DNA of 64,000 nucleotides, taken from IMG/VR virus record IMGVR_UViG_3300042154_004306; one strand, written 5' to 3'. Each line of letters opens with the position of its first letter. The stretch's first letter is position 1. This document shows, piece after piece, positions 18,422 through 28,200 of the stretch. The notes under the pieces were generated by a model, which made no database searches, was not told where the DNA came from, and worked only from the letters and a program-made list of their open reading frames with translations. The DNA comes from a virus (taxonomy: Duplodnaviria; Heunggongvirae; Uroviricota; Caudoviricetes). Position numbers and translations under genes: made by a program.

Positions 18422-19374
18422 TGAATTATAAAATTTTCTCAATCGATGGCTCTAAGCTAGCCACAAACATCGCGATCCAACTGGACGCTGACAACTACGA
18501 TCAAATCTTAGGCAAATTTAAGGTGGACACCTTTTCGGATGGCGAGATTAGCCCGCAATTCATGGAATCGGTTAGGGACAAGAAAGTTTTCCTGGTCTCA
18601 AGCACAACCTCTCCTGAGAAAATGCTGACCCTGTTACTCTCAATCGATGCTGCAAAACGTGCATCCGCTTCTGAAGTAATTGTTGTATTGCCATATTTTG
18701 GCTACTCACGACAGGACCGTAAGGAAGGCATGCGCGGAGCAATCGGTGCAAAATTAATGGCCGATCTTTTACAAACGGCTGGAGCAAACCGAATAATTTC
18801 AATAGATCTGCATGCAGAACAGATTCAAGGTTTCTTTGACATTCCAGTCAACATGATTCCAGGTCATGTAACATTCGCTCCATTCATTAGGACAATCGCA
18901 ACTGATGATTATTGTATCTGTTCACCAGATGCAGGTGGAGTAAAAAGAGCAAGTCGTTTTTATCAGAAGTTTCTACATAAGTTCGCGGACACTCATTTTG
19001 CAATGCTATCAAAATTAAGAGATAAACCCAACTCAATTGAGAGAATGGACCTAATTGGAGACGTTAAGGATCGCCACGTGATCTTAGTTGATGATATGAT
19101 AGACACAGGTGGAACCTTAGTTAATGCAGCTCGACTCTTAAAAGAAGGCGGTGCAAAAAAGGTAACTGCCATAATCTCGCATGGAGTACTCTCAGGAGTC
19201 GGTCACGAAAGAATTGCAGGTTCAACTGATCTTAACAAGCTAATCATTACTGACACCATTGAGCAAATCTCGAATCCCAAGATCCAGGTCGTAAGCTGTG
19301 CTCCAGCGATTGCGGCTGCAATCGAAGCAATAGTTAATTCAATCTCAATGGACAATCACTTAGCAAAAATATAG
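18421..19374 (+). CDS. prs: ribose-phosphate pyrophosphokinase (PRPP synthetase)
   Basis: 317 aa. FSDGEI, DLHAEQIQGFFDIPV and the PRPP-binding loop VDDMIDTGGTL. Confidence 0.85.
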   Translation: MNYKIFSIDGSKLATNIAIQLDADNYDQILGKFKVDTFSDGEISPQFMESVRDKKVFLVSSTTSPEKMLTLLLSIDAAKRASASEVIVVLPYFGYSRQDRKEGMRGAIGAKLMADLLQTAGANRIISIDLHAEQIQGFFDIPVNMIPGHVTFAPFIRTIATDDYCICSPDAGGVKRASRFYQKFLHKFADTHFAMLSKLRDKPNSIERMDLIGDVKDRHVILVDDMIDTGGTLVNAARLLKEGGAKKVTAIISHGVLSGVGHERIAGSTDLNKLIITDTIEQISNPKIQVVSCAPAIAAAIEAIVNSISMDNHLAKI

Positions 19375-19420
19375 TTACAGGATAACCCAAGAAATTCTAG
19401 TAGGGCTATCCTGTTAAAAC

Positions 19421-19447
19421 AATGAAAGCAGCCGAGGCTGCTTTCAT
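19421..19447. terminator. bidirectional hairpin terminator between convergent genes
   Basis: gaaagcagcc-gag-gctgctttc perfect hairpin flanked by A/T runs. Confidence 0.5.
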
Positions 19448-19470
19448 TAAATTCATTGAGAAAACTTCAT

Positions 19471-20295
19471 TTATTTTAATAGAGCGTAATACTCTTTAAA
19501 GTGTTTCAAACGATCAGCCAATCCGATAGTTCCTCCATTTACTCTCTTTGTCACTGATGTAACAGTAGCATCATCTGAACCTTTATCGCATACAGCCCAT
19601 AATCCATTCTTGTTGAAGAAGAATGCTGCGGATGCTAATGGATATTTTGTAGCTACTAGATCTGGGTTTGCCAAGATATCGTCTTCTACTGCTGCATCAA
19701 ATGCTTTGTAGTTGTCTTTACCGGTTAACTGGATGTATCCACGACCTCTATGTTTCCAACCATCGCCTGATGCTTCGTTTCCATTACCCATTCTTGATGA
19801 GTACACGGTGTTTGCAATTTTTTCAGGGTTACGAGCACTACCTGCAGCTGTTGCAGAATTAAAATACTTTCCAAATATCTTAACTAATCCATCTGCCGAA
19901 TAGTTTAAATTTTCAGATACAGCTTTGAATCCAGCTGATTCATGACCGCATTGTGCCAAGAAATGAGCTAAACGCAATGGGGTTGTAATGTTGAATTTAG
20001 CGGCTGTGTCCGGGATTTGTGCAATAACTGCGTCAGGAATATGACCTTTTAGATTAGCTAGTTTAAAGTTTGAAGCTGGGATTGCAACTGGGGTTGCTGC
20101 TTGAGCTGGGGCTGCTCCCATTAATTTTGACCAAGAGGCTGGGCCGACAATACCATCAGCAGATAGGCCGTTAGCCGCTTGCCATTCTTTTACCTTAGCC
20201 TCAGTGCCTGGTCCAAATTGACCGTCTGCTGTAAGACCAAGTTTTTCCTGAAGCTGTTTAACTTCAGCTCCTGAAGATCCATTTTTTAGTAACAT
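19471..20295 (-). CDS. endolysin: two PG_binding_1 repeats + glycoside hydrolase family 19 domain
   Basis: 274 aa. Two LxxxGxxxDGxFGxxT peptidoglycan-binding repeats. GH19 motifs AQCGHESAGF and GRGYIQLTGKDNY. Only minus-strand gene in the window. Confidence 0.8.
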   Translation of the reverse strand: MLLKNGSSGAEVKQLQEKLGLTADGQFGPGTEAKVKEWQAANGLSADGIVGPASWSKLMGAAPAQAATPVAIPASNFKLANLKGHIPDAVIAQIPDTAAKFNITTPLRLAHFLAQCGHESAGFKAVSENLNYSADGLVKIFGKYFNSATAAGSARNPEKIANTVYSSRMGNGNEASGDGWKHRGRGYIQLTGKDNYKAFDAAVEDDILANPDLVATKYPLASAAFFFNKNGLWAVCDKGSDDATVTSVTKRVNGGTIGLADRLKHFKEYYALLK

Positions 20296-20329
20296 AAGTA
20301 TGATTTTTTTTGTTATTTATTAGAACCGC

Positions 20330-20734
20330 ATGGACCTAACCGGTCTAATAAATAAACCCGGTATGAGCCCCTACATTAATAAGCGAAGCGCAAGTCTTCT
20401 TCTCAATTGGTGTAAAGAAAAATACGGACCAAGTCATTATCAAAACATTAAGACTCTAAAAATTAGATTAGATTTAACGCTTGATAGTCTAGGTCAATAT
20501 TTTCCTTATCCTAACGAGATTGTGATTAATCCAAAGAACCATCGCTCTCTATTAGAATGGTGTGGGACGGTGATTCATGAATACACTCATTTTACTCAGG
20601 ACATGTGCAAGTACCTAGAATATCGAAACAGTTACGAGAACCATCCCTATGAGATAACATGCAATAATCGAGCTAAAAGAGATAAACTTGAGGCTCGTAG
20701 ATTCGTTCTAGGGAAACTTCGACCTAAAAAGTAG
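20330..20734 (+). CDS. hypothetical protein with HExxH motif
   Basis: 134 aa. VIHEYTHF (HExxH). Confidence 0.35.
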   Translation: MDLTGLINKPGMSPYINKRSASLLLNWCKEKYGPSHYQNIKTLKIRLDLTLDSLGQYFPYPNEIVINPKNHRSLLEWCGTVIHEYTHFTQDMCKYLEYRNSYENHPYEITCNNRAKRDKLEARRFVLGKLRPKK

Positions 20735-20776
20735 TATAATAAATATCAATATCTTTAAAATAAAAAACAAATAAAC

Positions 20777-20950
20777 ATGAAAAAACTATTTTTCGCGATC
20801 GTAATGATCTTCGCTGTAATTTTGACAAGCTGTCAAAATACTGTAACTGATGCAACTTCAACAAGCCAAGACACTACCCAAGTTGACACGACGGTAACTG
20901 CAGTTGATACGACTAGTATCCCGGCTGATACTGCTTGTTGCTCAAAGTAA
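20777..20950 (+). CDS. small lipoprotein (57 aa; below the ORF-track cutoff)
   Basis: MKKLFFAIVMIFAVILTSCQN lipobox, Thr-rich tail; followed by a terminator. Confidence 0.35.
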   Translation: MKKLFFAIVMIFAVILTSCQNTVTDATSTSQDTTQVDTTVTAVDTTSIPADTACCSK

Positions 20951-20975
20951 TCAGCTAAACTTTTTACGACTATTT

Positions 20976-21008
20976 CTGCCCGAGCCTAGGTTCGGGCAGA
21001 TTTGTTTT
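20976..21008 (+). terminator. rho-independent terminator
   Basis: ctgcccgagcctaggttcgggcag hairpin followed by atttgtttt. Confidence 0.6.
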
Positions 21009-21094
21009 ATATAAATGACAAAAAAGTCGTAAAAAAGATGCCCACAATCAAACCAATTGATGGAAATCGAGTAGAATAGTCTAAACTTTTATTC

Positions 21095-21319
21095 ATGGAT
21101 CAATCTAACATTAAGGTTGGCTTGGAAAACTCAACAGCAATTGTCTGTGATGAGTGCGGAAGCCAAACATTCAAGGAGGTTACTTACCTTAGACGTATTT
21201 CTCGATTATTAACCGGAGCCGCTGAAGACATGATCGTGCCAATTCCAGCATTTTCATGCGCAAGTTGCAATCACGTAAACGAACAATTCCAATTAAAGGA
21301 TCAAAAAAAATTAAATTAA
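21095..21319 (+). CDS. small zinc-ribbon protein
   Basis: 74 aa with CDECGS ... CASCNH. Confidence 0.4.
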   Translation: MDQSNIKVGLENSTAIVCDECGSQTFKEVTYLRRISRLLTGAAEDMIVPIPAFSCASCNHVNEQFQLKDQKKLN

Positions 21320-21595
21320 ATGATAACCGTAACTGACTACTGGGCTCCATGGTGCGGCCCTTGCAAAACGCTAATGCCAACAATTGAAAAACTAGCAGAG
21401 GAATATAACGTTCCAGATAGCGAGGTTCAGATCAAAAAGGTGAACGTCGATGAAGACTCTGAAACTTCAGCCAAGGTCGGAATTCGTTCGATCCCTACTC
21501 TCGTATTTGAAAAGGATGGAGCTGAGGTTGAGCGTAGAAGCGGAATCTTACAGTATGCTAAAATTAAAGAAATAATCGAAAATCTAAAAGCCTAA
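21320..21595 (+). CDS. trx: thioredoxin
   Basis: 91 aa with WAPWCGPCK active site. Confidence 0.8.
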   Translation: MITVTDYWAPWCGPCKTLMPTIEKLAEEYNVPDSEVQIKKVNVDEDSETSAKVGIRSIPTLVFEKDGAEVERRSGILQYAKIKEIIENLKA

Positions 21596-22278
21596 TGCAA
21601 ATAACTTTCATATCTGACACTCACTGGCTGGTGAGAGACGCTCAAGCCTGTAGAGACATGAATGATCTCCTACCCGGCGGCCCAATCTTGGTGCACGCAG
21701 GGGATGTGAGCGGCAGAGGCACTGAATTTGAGATCAGAAAGTTTCTTGACTGGTTTAGTAAGTTGCCGTACACGCATAAAATCTTAATCTCAGGCAATCA
21801 TGACTTCTTTTTTGAAGTTGCCAAACCTGAGGAGGTTGAGGCCTTGATTGCAGAGTATCCTGGAATTACCTATCTAAACGATAGCGAAGTAACCGTTGAG
21901 GGCATAACGTTTTGGGGAAGCCCAATCACTCCGTTCTTTCATAATTGGGCATTCAATCGATATTCGGATGAAATTAAACCGCATTGGGACCTGATTCCAG
22001 AAGGAATTGATGTCCTGATAACTCACGGTCCACCAAAAGGAATACTTGATTTTACCGAGTATGATCGTGACCATGTTGGCTGCCCAACTCTATTGGAGAA
22101 GGTTAAACAGATAAAACCCAAAGTTCATGTCTTTGGCCACATTCATGAGGCTAGAGGTAAGGAAGAAATTGATGGAACAATTTTCATCAATGCCTCAATG
22201 GTTACTCTAAAATATGAGTTACGATATGAACCTCCATACATAATAGAAATTGAACCAAATTCTCAAAATTTAGTATAA
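21595..22278 (+). CDS. calcineurin-like metallophosphoesterase
   Basis: 227 aa. GDVSGRG, GNHDF and GHIHE motifs. Confidence 0.7.
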   Translation: MQITFISDTHWLVRDAQACRDMNDLLPGGPILVHAGDVSGRGTEFEIRKFLDWFSKLPYTHKILISGNHDFFFEVAKPEEVEALIAEYPGITYLNDSEVTVEGITFWGSPITPFFHNWAFNRYSDEIKPHWDLIPEGIDVLITHGPPKGILDFTEYDRDHVGCPTLLEKVKQIKPKVHVFGHIHEARGKEEIDGTIFINASMVTLKYELRYEPPYIIEIEPNSQNLV

Positions 22279-22285
22279 TAACCGT

Positions 22286-22516
22286 ATGAAGAATAAAATC
22301 AAACAAATCGCAATATTCGTCCTATGCTTAGCAATAGGTTTCGAATCAGTACACTTGGCCTTTTGGCTAATGAATCAACCTAGCACTCCATTATTTTGGC
22401 TTGGAGTTATGGCCCTTACTGGAATTTCTTTTCTATCAGGAACCTACATTTGGAAAAAGGTGGGAGAATGGATCGAAAAAAAGTTTGAAGATACAGAAGA
22501 CTCTAAGTATCGCTAA
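22286..22516 (+). CDS. small membrane protein
   Basis: 76 aa, two hydrophobic helices. Confidence 0.4.
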   Translation: MKNKIKQIAIFVLCLAIGFESVHLAFWLMNQPSTPLFWLGVMALTGISFLSGTYIWKKVGEWIEKKFEDTEDSKYR

Positions 22517-22555
22517 TCATTTAAACACTTTAAAAACAAATAAAAACAAATAAAA

Positions 22556-23398
22556 ATGAACAAAGGAAAATTAAAATTAATCCTGGCCATAATCGGCCTT
22601 TTTATCGCAATGACTCTATTGATGAACTCATGCGAACGTATCGACGCTGGACACGTCGGAGTCAGAGTAAACTTGTATGGAACTGGCAAAGGCGTCGGTG
22701 ATATTACTGAATGTACGGGATGGGTATTCTATAACCCAATCTCAACCAAAATTTACGAGTTCCCAACCTTTATCCAACACAAGGAGTACACGGAAGACCA
22801 ATCATTTGTGATCAATTCAAAGGACGGATCTGAATTTCACGTAAGCCCAATCATAAATTACGCAGTTCAACGTGAAAAGGTACCAGCGATATTTAGTAAG
22901 TACCGTAGAACATTGGAATCGATTGAGGAAGGTTTCTTAAAGACTACTCTATACGATGCGTTCCGTATGACCGCTAATGCCTACACAGCTGAGGAGCTTA
23001 TCTCTAATCGTCAAATCTTTGAGACTAAGGTGAAAGCTAAATTAGATACGGATCTTCTTAAAGAAGGTTTCTCAATAAGTCAATTAACCTCGAACTTAGG
23101 CTATCCTGAGACTTTCAAGAAAGCAATTGAGGCAAAGAACAATGCGGTGCAGTCAGCGTTAACTGCAGAGAATCAGGTAAAAACGGCTGAGGCGAACGCA
23201 AAGATCCAGGTAGCAAAGGCTGAAGGTAATGCTCAAGCAATGCTAGCGACTTCAAAGGCTGAGGCAGAATCGTATAGACTTAAACAATCGGCAATCACGC
23301 CAATGCTCTTACAACAAATGTGGATTGAGAAATGGAACGGTACACTACCTACCACTCAATTGGGAGCAGGTACAAACATGATGTACAATGTCAAGTAA
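22556..23398 (+). CDS. SPFH/band-7 (prohibitin/HflK-like) membrane protein
   Basis: 280 aa. N-terminal TM helix, SPFH core, Ala/Glu-rich coiled coil (AEANAKIQVAKAEGNAQAML). Confidence 0.65.
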   Translation: MNKGKLKLILAIIGLFIAMTLLMNSCERIDAGHVGVRVNLYGTGKGVGDITECTGWVFYNPISTKIYEFPTFIQHKEYTEDQSFVINSKDGSEFHVSPIINYAVQREKVPAIFSKYRRTLESIEEGFLKTTLYDAFRMTANAYTAEELISNRQIFETKVKAKLDTDLLKEGFSISQLTSNLGYPETFKKAIEAKNNAVQSALTAENQVKTAEANAKIQVAKAEGNAQAMLATSKAEAESYRLKQSAITPMLLQQMWIEKWNGTLPTTQLGAGTNMMYNVK

Positions 23399-23572
23399 TA
23401 ATACACCAGACAAAATTGAAATAACTGTATCATTAACCAAGGACGGCCAAACAGTAAAGGCTGTCCTTGGTTACGATCAGATTAAAGAAGTCAAGGAGTT
23501 CCATAATCGGGATCTCATTGAAACAACGATTAACATTCTTCAACAAGAAATCGAAAGAGGAATTTAGTCAAC

Positions 23573-23657
23573 GGAGAGGTGGCAGAGCGGTTGAACGCGG
23601 CGGTCTTGAAAACCGTTTTAGGTAACACTAACGGGGGTTCGAATCCCTCCCTCTCCG
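23573..23657 (+). tRNA. tRNA-Ser (anticodon TGA), type II with long variable arm
   Basis: Acceptor ggagagg/cctctcc perfect; anticodon arm gcggt-cTTGAaaa-accgt; T-arm ggggg-ttcgaat-ccctc. Confidence 0.85.
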
Positions 23658-23680
23658 CAAAAATTAAGCAAAATGGAACT

Positions 23681-24658
23681 ATGAAAAAAATTGCACTAAT
23701 TAGCACCTTTTGTGATACTATTGAAAAGCAAAATGTTTTAAAGGAAAATATCTTAACGATTAAGAGATTGGGAATTGATGTATTCGCAATTAGTCCCATA
23801 GAAGTTCCCTATGATATTATAAAACTTTGTGACTATTTTTTCTACACTAAAGAAAACCCAATATTGAATTGGCCGGTCCGAGCTTTTACATTTTGGAAGG
23901 CTGATTGGTCAGTTGACGGTTTTGTAAGAATGCATCGTAATGTTGGCGATTACGGTTGGGCCGCTTTGTATCAAGTAAAAAAAATGAGTCAAATTGCTTT
24001 AACTTATGACTATGATTTATTTTATCATCTAATTTATGATCTAGATATCGATGACGAGGTCATCAAAGAAATAACCGAAAATCGAATGAACTTAGTTCAT
24101 TCGAGAGTTAGCTTAGGCGATGATAGCCTAATATGGGAAGCTACTCTACATTTTATGGTGTTTGATAGAGAATCAATGATTAATATTGAAAAAGAGATAG
24201 AGTTAGACGAATATTTGAGCAAAAATGGTATTGCTGAAGATCAAGTTATTAAGTGGAAGAATAAATTTAATCTTTCAGTATCAGATCACTATATAAAGGA
24301 CAAAATTTATTATTGGGAAGAGTGTGACATTTTTAACTATTCCCAAAATACAAAATATAAGATGTTCATTGGTAAGACTGATGAACTTAGCACTTTGATA
24401 AATAGTGATGGTTTGGAAGAACATATCATATCTCCAAATTTAAGATTTTATTTTTATGAGTTTATCGAAACTCAAAATTTTAAATTTGAAATTAACGAGT
24501 CAATTTATGAATTGACTCTTGGAAACAATAAAATGATTGAATTTAACATTCGTTCGCATGATGTCGCTAATCTTAAAATAACAGACAATGATGTTACGTT
24601 CGACTATTCAAATATAATCAAAGAAATTAGTAGAAATTTAGTTTCTTTTGATCGATAA
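23681..24658 (+). CDS. hypothetical protein (paralog of 16933..17946); start moved to the ATG downstream of the tRNA
   Basis: Track ORF 23579 starts inside tRNA-Ser; [10 protein letters not shown] at 23681 is the first ATG after the tRNA. Confidence 0.5.
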   Translation: MKKIALISTFCDTIEKQNVLKENILTIKRLGIDVFAISPIEVPYDIIKLCDYFFYTKENPILNWPVRAFTFWKADWSVDGFVRMHRNVGDYGWAALYQVKKMSQIALTYDYDLFYHLIYDLDIDDEVIKEITENRMNLVHSRVSLGDDSLIWEATLHFMVFDRESMINIEKEIELDEYLSKNGIAEDQVIKWKNKFNLSVSDHYIKDKIYYWEECDIFNYSQNTKYKMFIGKTDELSTLINSDGLEEHIISPNLRFYFYEFIETQNFKFEINESIYELTLGNNKMIEFNIRSHDVANLKITDNDVTFDYSNIIKEISRNLVSFDR

Positions 24659-24681
24659 AATATAAAAATTAAATAATACCG

Positions 24682-25371
24682 ATGATTAAAAACACGACGC
24701 CTTATTTAGGAAAGATCAGACTTAAGTTTGAAAAGTTTCCTCACTATTCAGGAAAAGATAAGCTGAATAAAATTCACCTAAACCTTGGATTCACCAAGTT
24801 GGTCAGCCGCATAACACCAGTCAGAGATGAGAACGGTTTTGTAGTAAACCCCGATTGTATTAACCTGATCCGAAAGAACACAGGGCTTAAGGTTGAAACT
24901 CACACGTTTGGTCCAAATGACGAGCATGAATTACCTAATTCATGCATGAACGCTGATGGACAGTACGTTGGCTCCATTGAAGAAGGTTGGTGGTATTACA
25001 ATAACGGGCTCAGATCAACTAAAGGTTCTCACCCTCATACCGCATGGAGCAAGGAGGCAAAGCAATGGATAGGATATTCTCATCGTGGTGCTTGTGCATT
25101 CGGTAAGGGTGATAAGTTATTCGATGCAAATTGGGTTCCAAATGATGATGAGCTGCTTGCTCTTGAAAAACACTACGTAAAACGCTTGGGAGAATTTCAA
25201 ATCGAATACGCCGACTGGTCAAAGAGCAGTTCCGAACATAAGGCCGAAGAATTCACTCTTAACTCATGGGCAGCAAGCCACATTCCTTTCAAGTTACGCG
25301 GAAGTAAAACGATTCATTCTTACGAAGATGCCTATAAAGCTGCCGTTAATTTTGCCAAATACATAGGTTAA
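24682..25371 (+). CDS. hypothetical protein
   Basis: 229 aa ORF. Confidence 0.45.
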   Translation: MIKNTTPYLGKIRLKFEKFPHYSGKDKLNKIHLNLGFTKLVSRITPVRDENGFVVNPDCINLIRKNTGLKVETHTFGPNDEHELPNSCMNADGQYVGSIEEGWWYYNNGLRSTKGSHPHTAWSKEAKQWIGYSHRGACAFGKGDKLFDANWVPNDDELLALEKHYVKRLGEFQIEYADWSKSSSEHKAEEFTLNSWAASHIPFKLRGSKTIHSYEDAYKAAVNFAKYIG

Positions 25372-25709
25372 TGAAGTTATTTCTAGGTTTTCTTTACGGC
25401 TTCATCGCACAAGTATTAACATTCATTCAATTACAGGGACCAATGAGATGGGATCTATTAAAAACTAACAGGAACTGGCTGATCCTACTTGGACTGCCAG
25501 TTTCTTGGCTTTTTATGAATTCGGTAAAAAATTTCGTGCTTGCTTTCGACGGGCATATTTGGCCGAGTCGACTAATCGGATTCTCAATTGGGATCACAGT
25601 GTTCACAATAATGTCCCAATTGCTGTTCGCTGAGGGTCTTAGTCTAAAAACCGTGATCTGTCTTATGCTAGGTCTCACAATACTCGCAATACAATTATGT
25701 TGGAAATGA
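25371..25709 (+). CDS. membrane protein (3-4 TM)
   Basis: 112 aa, hydrophobic. Confidence 0.4.
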   Translation: MKLFLGFLYGFIAQVLTFIQLQGPMRWDLLKTNRNWLILLGLPVSWLFMNSVKNFVLAFDGHIWPSRLIGFSIGITVFTIMSQLLFAEGLSLKTVICLMLGLTILAIQLCWK

Positions 25710-26005
25710 TTAGAGGTTCAGAACAAAATCGAAAACAAAGGGACATTGAACTTGCACGACTTGTTGAAGAGTTCACAGAAAAGCTGAAGTATGATCCATA
25801 TCGGCCGGGTATGGTACACCCAGAAGTTTATCCTGATGATTTACAGGAGGTAATTGAGGATCTTTTCTTTGTTAGAGGATTCTCCGAGGCAACCGTCAAG
25901 GTCAGTAAGAATCCTGACGGAATGTCAATTCAGGTTCAAGTTTTAAACCGGGGCGGAATAAATAATAAAAATTCCGCAATATCGGATGAAACTAAAGAAA
26001 TTTAA
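25697..26005 (+). CDS. hypothetical protein
   Basis: 102 aa ORF. Confidence 0.4.
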   Translation: MLEMIRGSEQNRKQRDIELARLVEEFTEKLKYDPYRPGMVHPEVYPDDLQEVIEDLFFVRGFSEATVKVSKNPDGMSIQVQVLNRGGINNKNSAISDETKEI

Positions 26006-26510
26006 TGAATTCATAGCAATAAATGAATCTCTTCATAGAGTTGAGATAGAAGAGCAACTTTTCATAATTGACGGTGAAATTTACGATGTTTACTACTTTG
26101 ATGTAGACTTAACATGGGACCATCAATCGGCTGATCCAGAGGTTGGAATACCGGTCTCATTTGATTTCGTTGAGGATTACTGGTTATATGGAGTAAATGA
26201 GGTTATGCAATTAACTAATCTTGAGCGCAGAGACGAAATCATTGATCTAGTGAATCCATTGGATCCTGAGCAGTCGGCTCAACTCATTAGATTGGGACTC
26301 AAGGAAGAGGCAAGTGAAGAGCTTATCGCGGATATTGCGTGCTCAGGAAGTTGGCAACAAAACTGGAAAGACTTGAAAGGCGAAGAGCTAAAGGCATTCT
26401 CCGATAGATTCATAAGTCTATATAAAGCCAACCAACTCAAACAAATAGTCGGTGACTTTTCGACCGAATTACAGGCGGCAGTCAATAAAATTGATGATAA
26501 GTACTGTTAA
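25986..26510 (+). CDS. hypothetical acidic protein with leader MKLKKFNEFIAINES
   Basis: 174 aa, leader family. Confidence 0.5.
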   Translation: MKLKKFNEFIAINESLHRVEIEEQLFIIDGEIYDVYYFDVDLTWDHQSADPEVGIPVSFDFVEDYWLYGVNEVMQLTNLERRDEIIDLVNPLDPEQSAQLIRLGLKEEASEELIADIACSGSWQQNWKDLKGEELKAFSDRFISLYKANQLKQIVGDFSTELQAAVNKIDDKYC

Positions 26511-26546
26511 TCATCAAATAAATAACCTAAAATTACACGAATCTAC

Positions 26547-27110
26547 ATGAAACTGTTAAAGTTCACACAATTTGTTAACGAATCAAAAGTTAATGAAGCA
26601 CAATTAAAAGACAAGGCAATCATTGCTAAGTTAGAAAGAATTCACGAAATCAAAGAAAGATTGAAAGAGTTGACTGCTGAAACTAAAGCAATCGACGGAG
26701 AATTAAAGGAGTTCGACGCATCAGTTAAACCAATCTTTGATGCAATGAAAGTTCTTAACGATAAATTGGCAACTACTGAAAAGTACGTAATGAAAATTAC
26801 AAGATACGGTGGAGAAGGATCTTCTGTTTCTTACGGAAAAGCGGTAGAACAGGCTCTAACAATGGTTGATGAAGCTGCTCAAGCAATCATTAACGAATGC
26901 GTTAGACAGAATACAGCAATCACCTCAGTTAAGCACTCTTTTGAAATCAATAAATTGGACGAAGGTAAGCTAACCGATAAGGCTAGGGCAGTAATCGCTA
27001 AGATTTCTGACAAGATTAAATCAATGGTTGCTAAATTCAAGAGCTTCTTTGACTCTAAGATCGCTAAGATCGATGCAGCTAACGCAAAACTTGCAGATAT
27101 TAAGAAATAA
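26547..27110 (+). CDS. hypothetical coiled-coil protein with leader MKLLKFTQFVNESK
   Basis: 187 aa. CAAATAAATAA at 26516-26526 upstream. Confidence 0.6.
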   Translation: MKLLKFTQFVNESKVNEAQLKDKAIIAKLERIHEIKERLKELTAETKAIDGELKEFDASVKPIFDAMKVLNDKLATTEKYVMKITRYGGEGSSVSYGKAVEQALTMVDEAAQAIINECVRQNTAITSVKHSFEINKLDEGKLTDKARAVIAKISDKIKSMVAKFKSFFDSKIAKIDAANAKLADIKK

Positions 27111-27120
27111 TTGAACCCCA

Positions 27121-27600
27121 ATGATTAAGTCACTAGTTCAAAGTTTCAATGAGTACACACTCAACGAGGCCAAATCAAGTCACCCAGCTAAATACAAAGC
27201 GCCCGAGGGTAGTTCCCGAGATGCCAAGCTCGATAAGGCCCAGGCCCTATTGAAAGCTGGCAAAAAGGATCAAGCTTACAAGTTGCGTGATGATATGGAA
27301 AAGAAGGAACGATCTAAACCGGATTGGAAGAACACTCCTCGCAAGGATTCACAAGTTGATGAAGCTAAAAAGGCGGGTAAGAACTTAAGCAAGGAAACTC
27401 TTGCAAAGATTAGAGCGGTTGCGACCAAAAAAGGTTACTCATTCGCCGATCTTAAAGGAGAATACGTTAAGGGTCTAGGCGCTTTCTACTCTTCAGGTTC
27501 AAGACCTGGAATGACTGCTCATCAATGGGCAATGGCAAGAGTAAATTCAGCGTCTCCTAGTAAATCTTGGGCAAATGTAAAAAAGGTTGGAAAAAAATAA
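27121..27600 (+). CDS. small basic (Lys-rich) protein with leader MIKSLVQSFNEYTLNEA; internal-protein-like
   Basis: 159 aa, highly basic, resembles T4 internal proteins in size and charge. Confidence 0.55.
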   Translation: MIKSLVQSFNEYTLNEAKSSHPAKYKAPEGSSRDAKLDKAQALLKAGKKDQAYKLRDDMEKKERSKPDWKNTPRKDSQVDEAKKAGKNLSKETLAKIRAVATKKGYSFADLKGEYVKGLGAFYSSGSRPGMTAHQWAMARVNSASPSKSWANVKKVGKK

Positions 27601-27643
27601 AACCTTTCTTAAAAAGTAGGTATTATAGCATACTATGAAAACA

Positions 27644-27680
27644 AAAAACCTCGAACCTAAAAAATTCGAGGTTTTTTGTT
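27644..27680 (+). terminator. rho-independent terminator
   Basis: aaaaaacctcgaa-cctaaaaaa-ttcgaggtttttt. Confidence 0.6.
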
Positions 27681-27712
27681 TTATATGGTGAGGTAGCAAA
27701 GTTGGTGCACTA

Positions 27713-27789
27713 TGATCTCGTAACTCAGCTGGTTAGAGTACCATACTTTTAATATGGGAGTCACAGGTTCGAATCCTGTCGGGATCACC
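27713..27789 (+). tRNA. tRNA-Lys (anticodon TTT), CCA encoded
   Basis: Acceptor gatctcg/cgggatc; D-arm actc-agctggtta-gagt; anticodon arm ccata-cTTTTaa-tatgg; T-arm acagg-ttcgaat-cctgt; 3' aCCA. Confidence 0.85.
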
Positions 27790-27801
27790 AAAGACAAAAT
27801 A

Positions 27802-27872
27802 CGCGGGTGTGGTGCAATGGTAGCATATCGGTCTCCAAAACCCTTGACGGGAGTTCGAATCTCTCCACCCGT
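27802..27872 (+). tRNA. tRNA-Trp (anticodon CCA), weak anticodon stem
   Basis: Acceptor gcgggtg/cacccgt; T-arm gggag-ttcgaat-ctctc; loop cTCCAaa; only 3 clean bp in the anticodon stem. Confidence 0.5.
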
Positions 27873-27973
27873 GCTCTAGATAGTTTTCAAAAGAAAACCA
27901 AACTTTGGATGTTATGGTATATTATTATTATTAATAACAAAGAGAGTCCTTTGACATATTGGAGATCGCAAAT

Positions 27974-28046
27974 TGTCCTTTAGCTCAATTGGCAGAGCAT
28001 CTGTTTTACATGCAGAGGGTTATGGGTTCGAATCCTACAGGGACAA
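27974..28046 (+). tRNA. tRNA-Val (anticodon TAC)
   Basis: Acceptor tgtcctt/agggaca (one G-T); D-arm gctc-aattggca-gagc; anticodon arm tctgt-ttTACat-gcaga; T-arm atggg-ttcgaat-cctac. Confidence 0.6.
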
Positions 28047-28096
28047 CAAATCTTGGGATTAATTACCCTAAGACTGGATGATTCGAAGCATCCGAT

Positions 28097-28191
28097 TGAT
28101 TATGGTGTAATGGTGCACACTGGCCCCGGAAAGTAAGCCTCACAGCTGAAATCAGGGCCGGGGGATTAAGGTTCGAATCCTTATTAGTCAG
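28097..28191 (+). tRNA. atypical tRNA-like gene with ~28-nt insertion in place of the anticodon loop
   Basis: Acceptor tgattat/ttagtca (6/7); D-arm gtgt-aatggtgc-acac; perfect T-arm taagg-ttcgaat-cctta. Between them a ggccc/gggcc stem encloses 28 nt (cggaaagtaagcctcacagctgaaatca). Confidence 0.3.
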
Positions 28192-28200
28192 CAAATATAT

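Noticed and set aside
23530-23799. Minus-strand ORF and 5' extension of ORF 23579 across tRNA-Ser
   Set aside because: Both overlap a high-confidence tRNA. The downstream gene start was moved to the first ATG after the tRNA.
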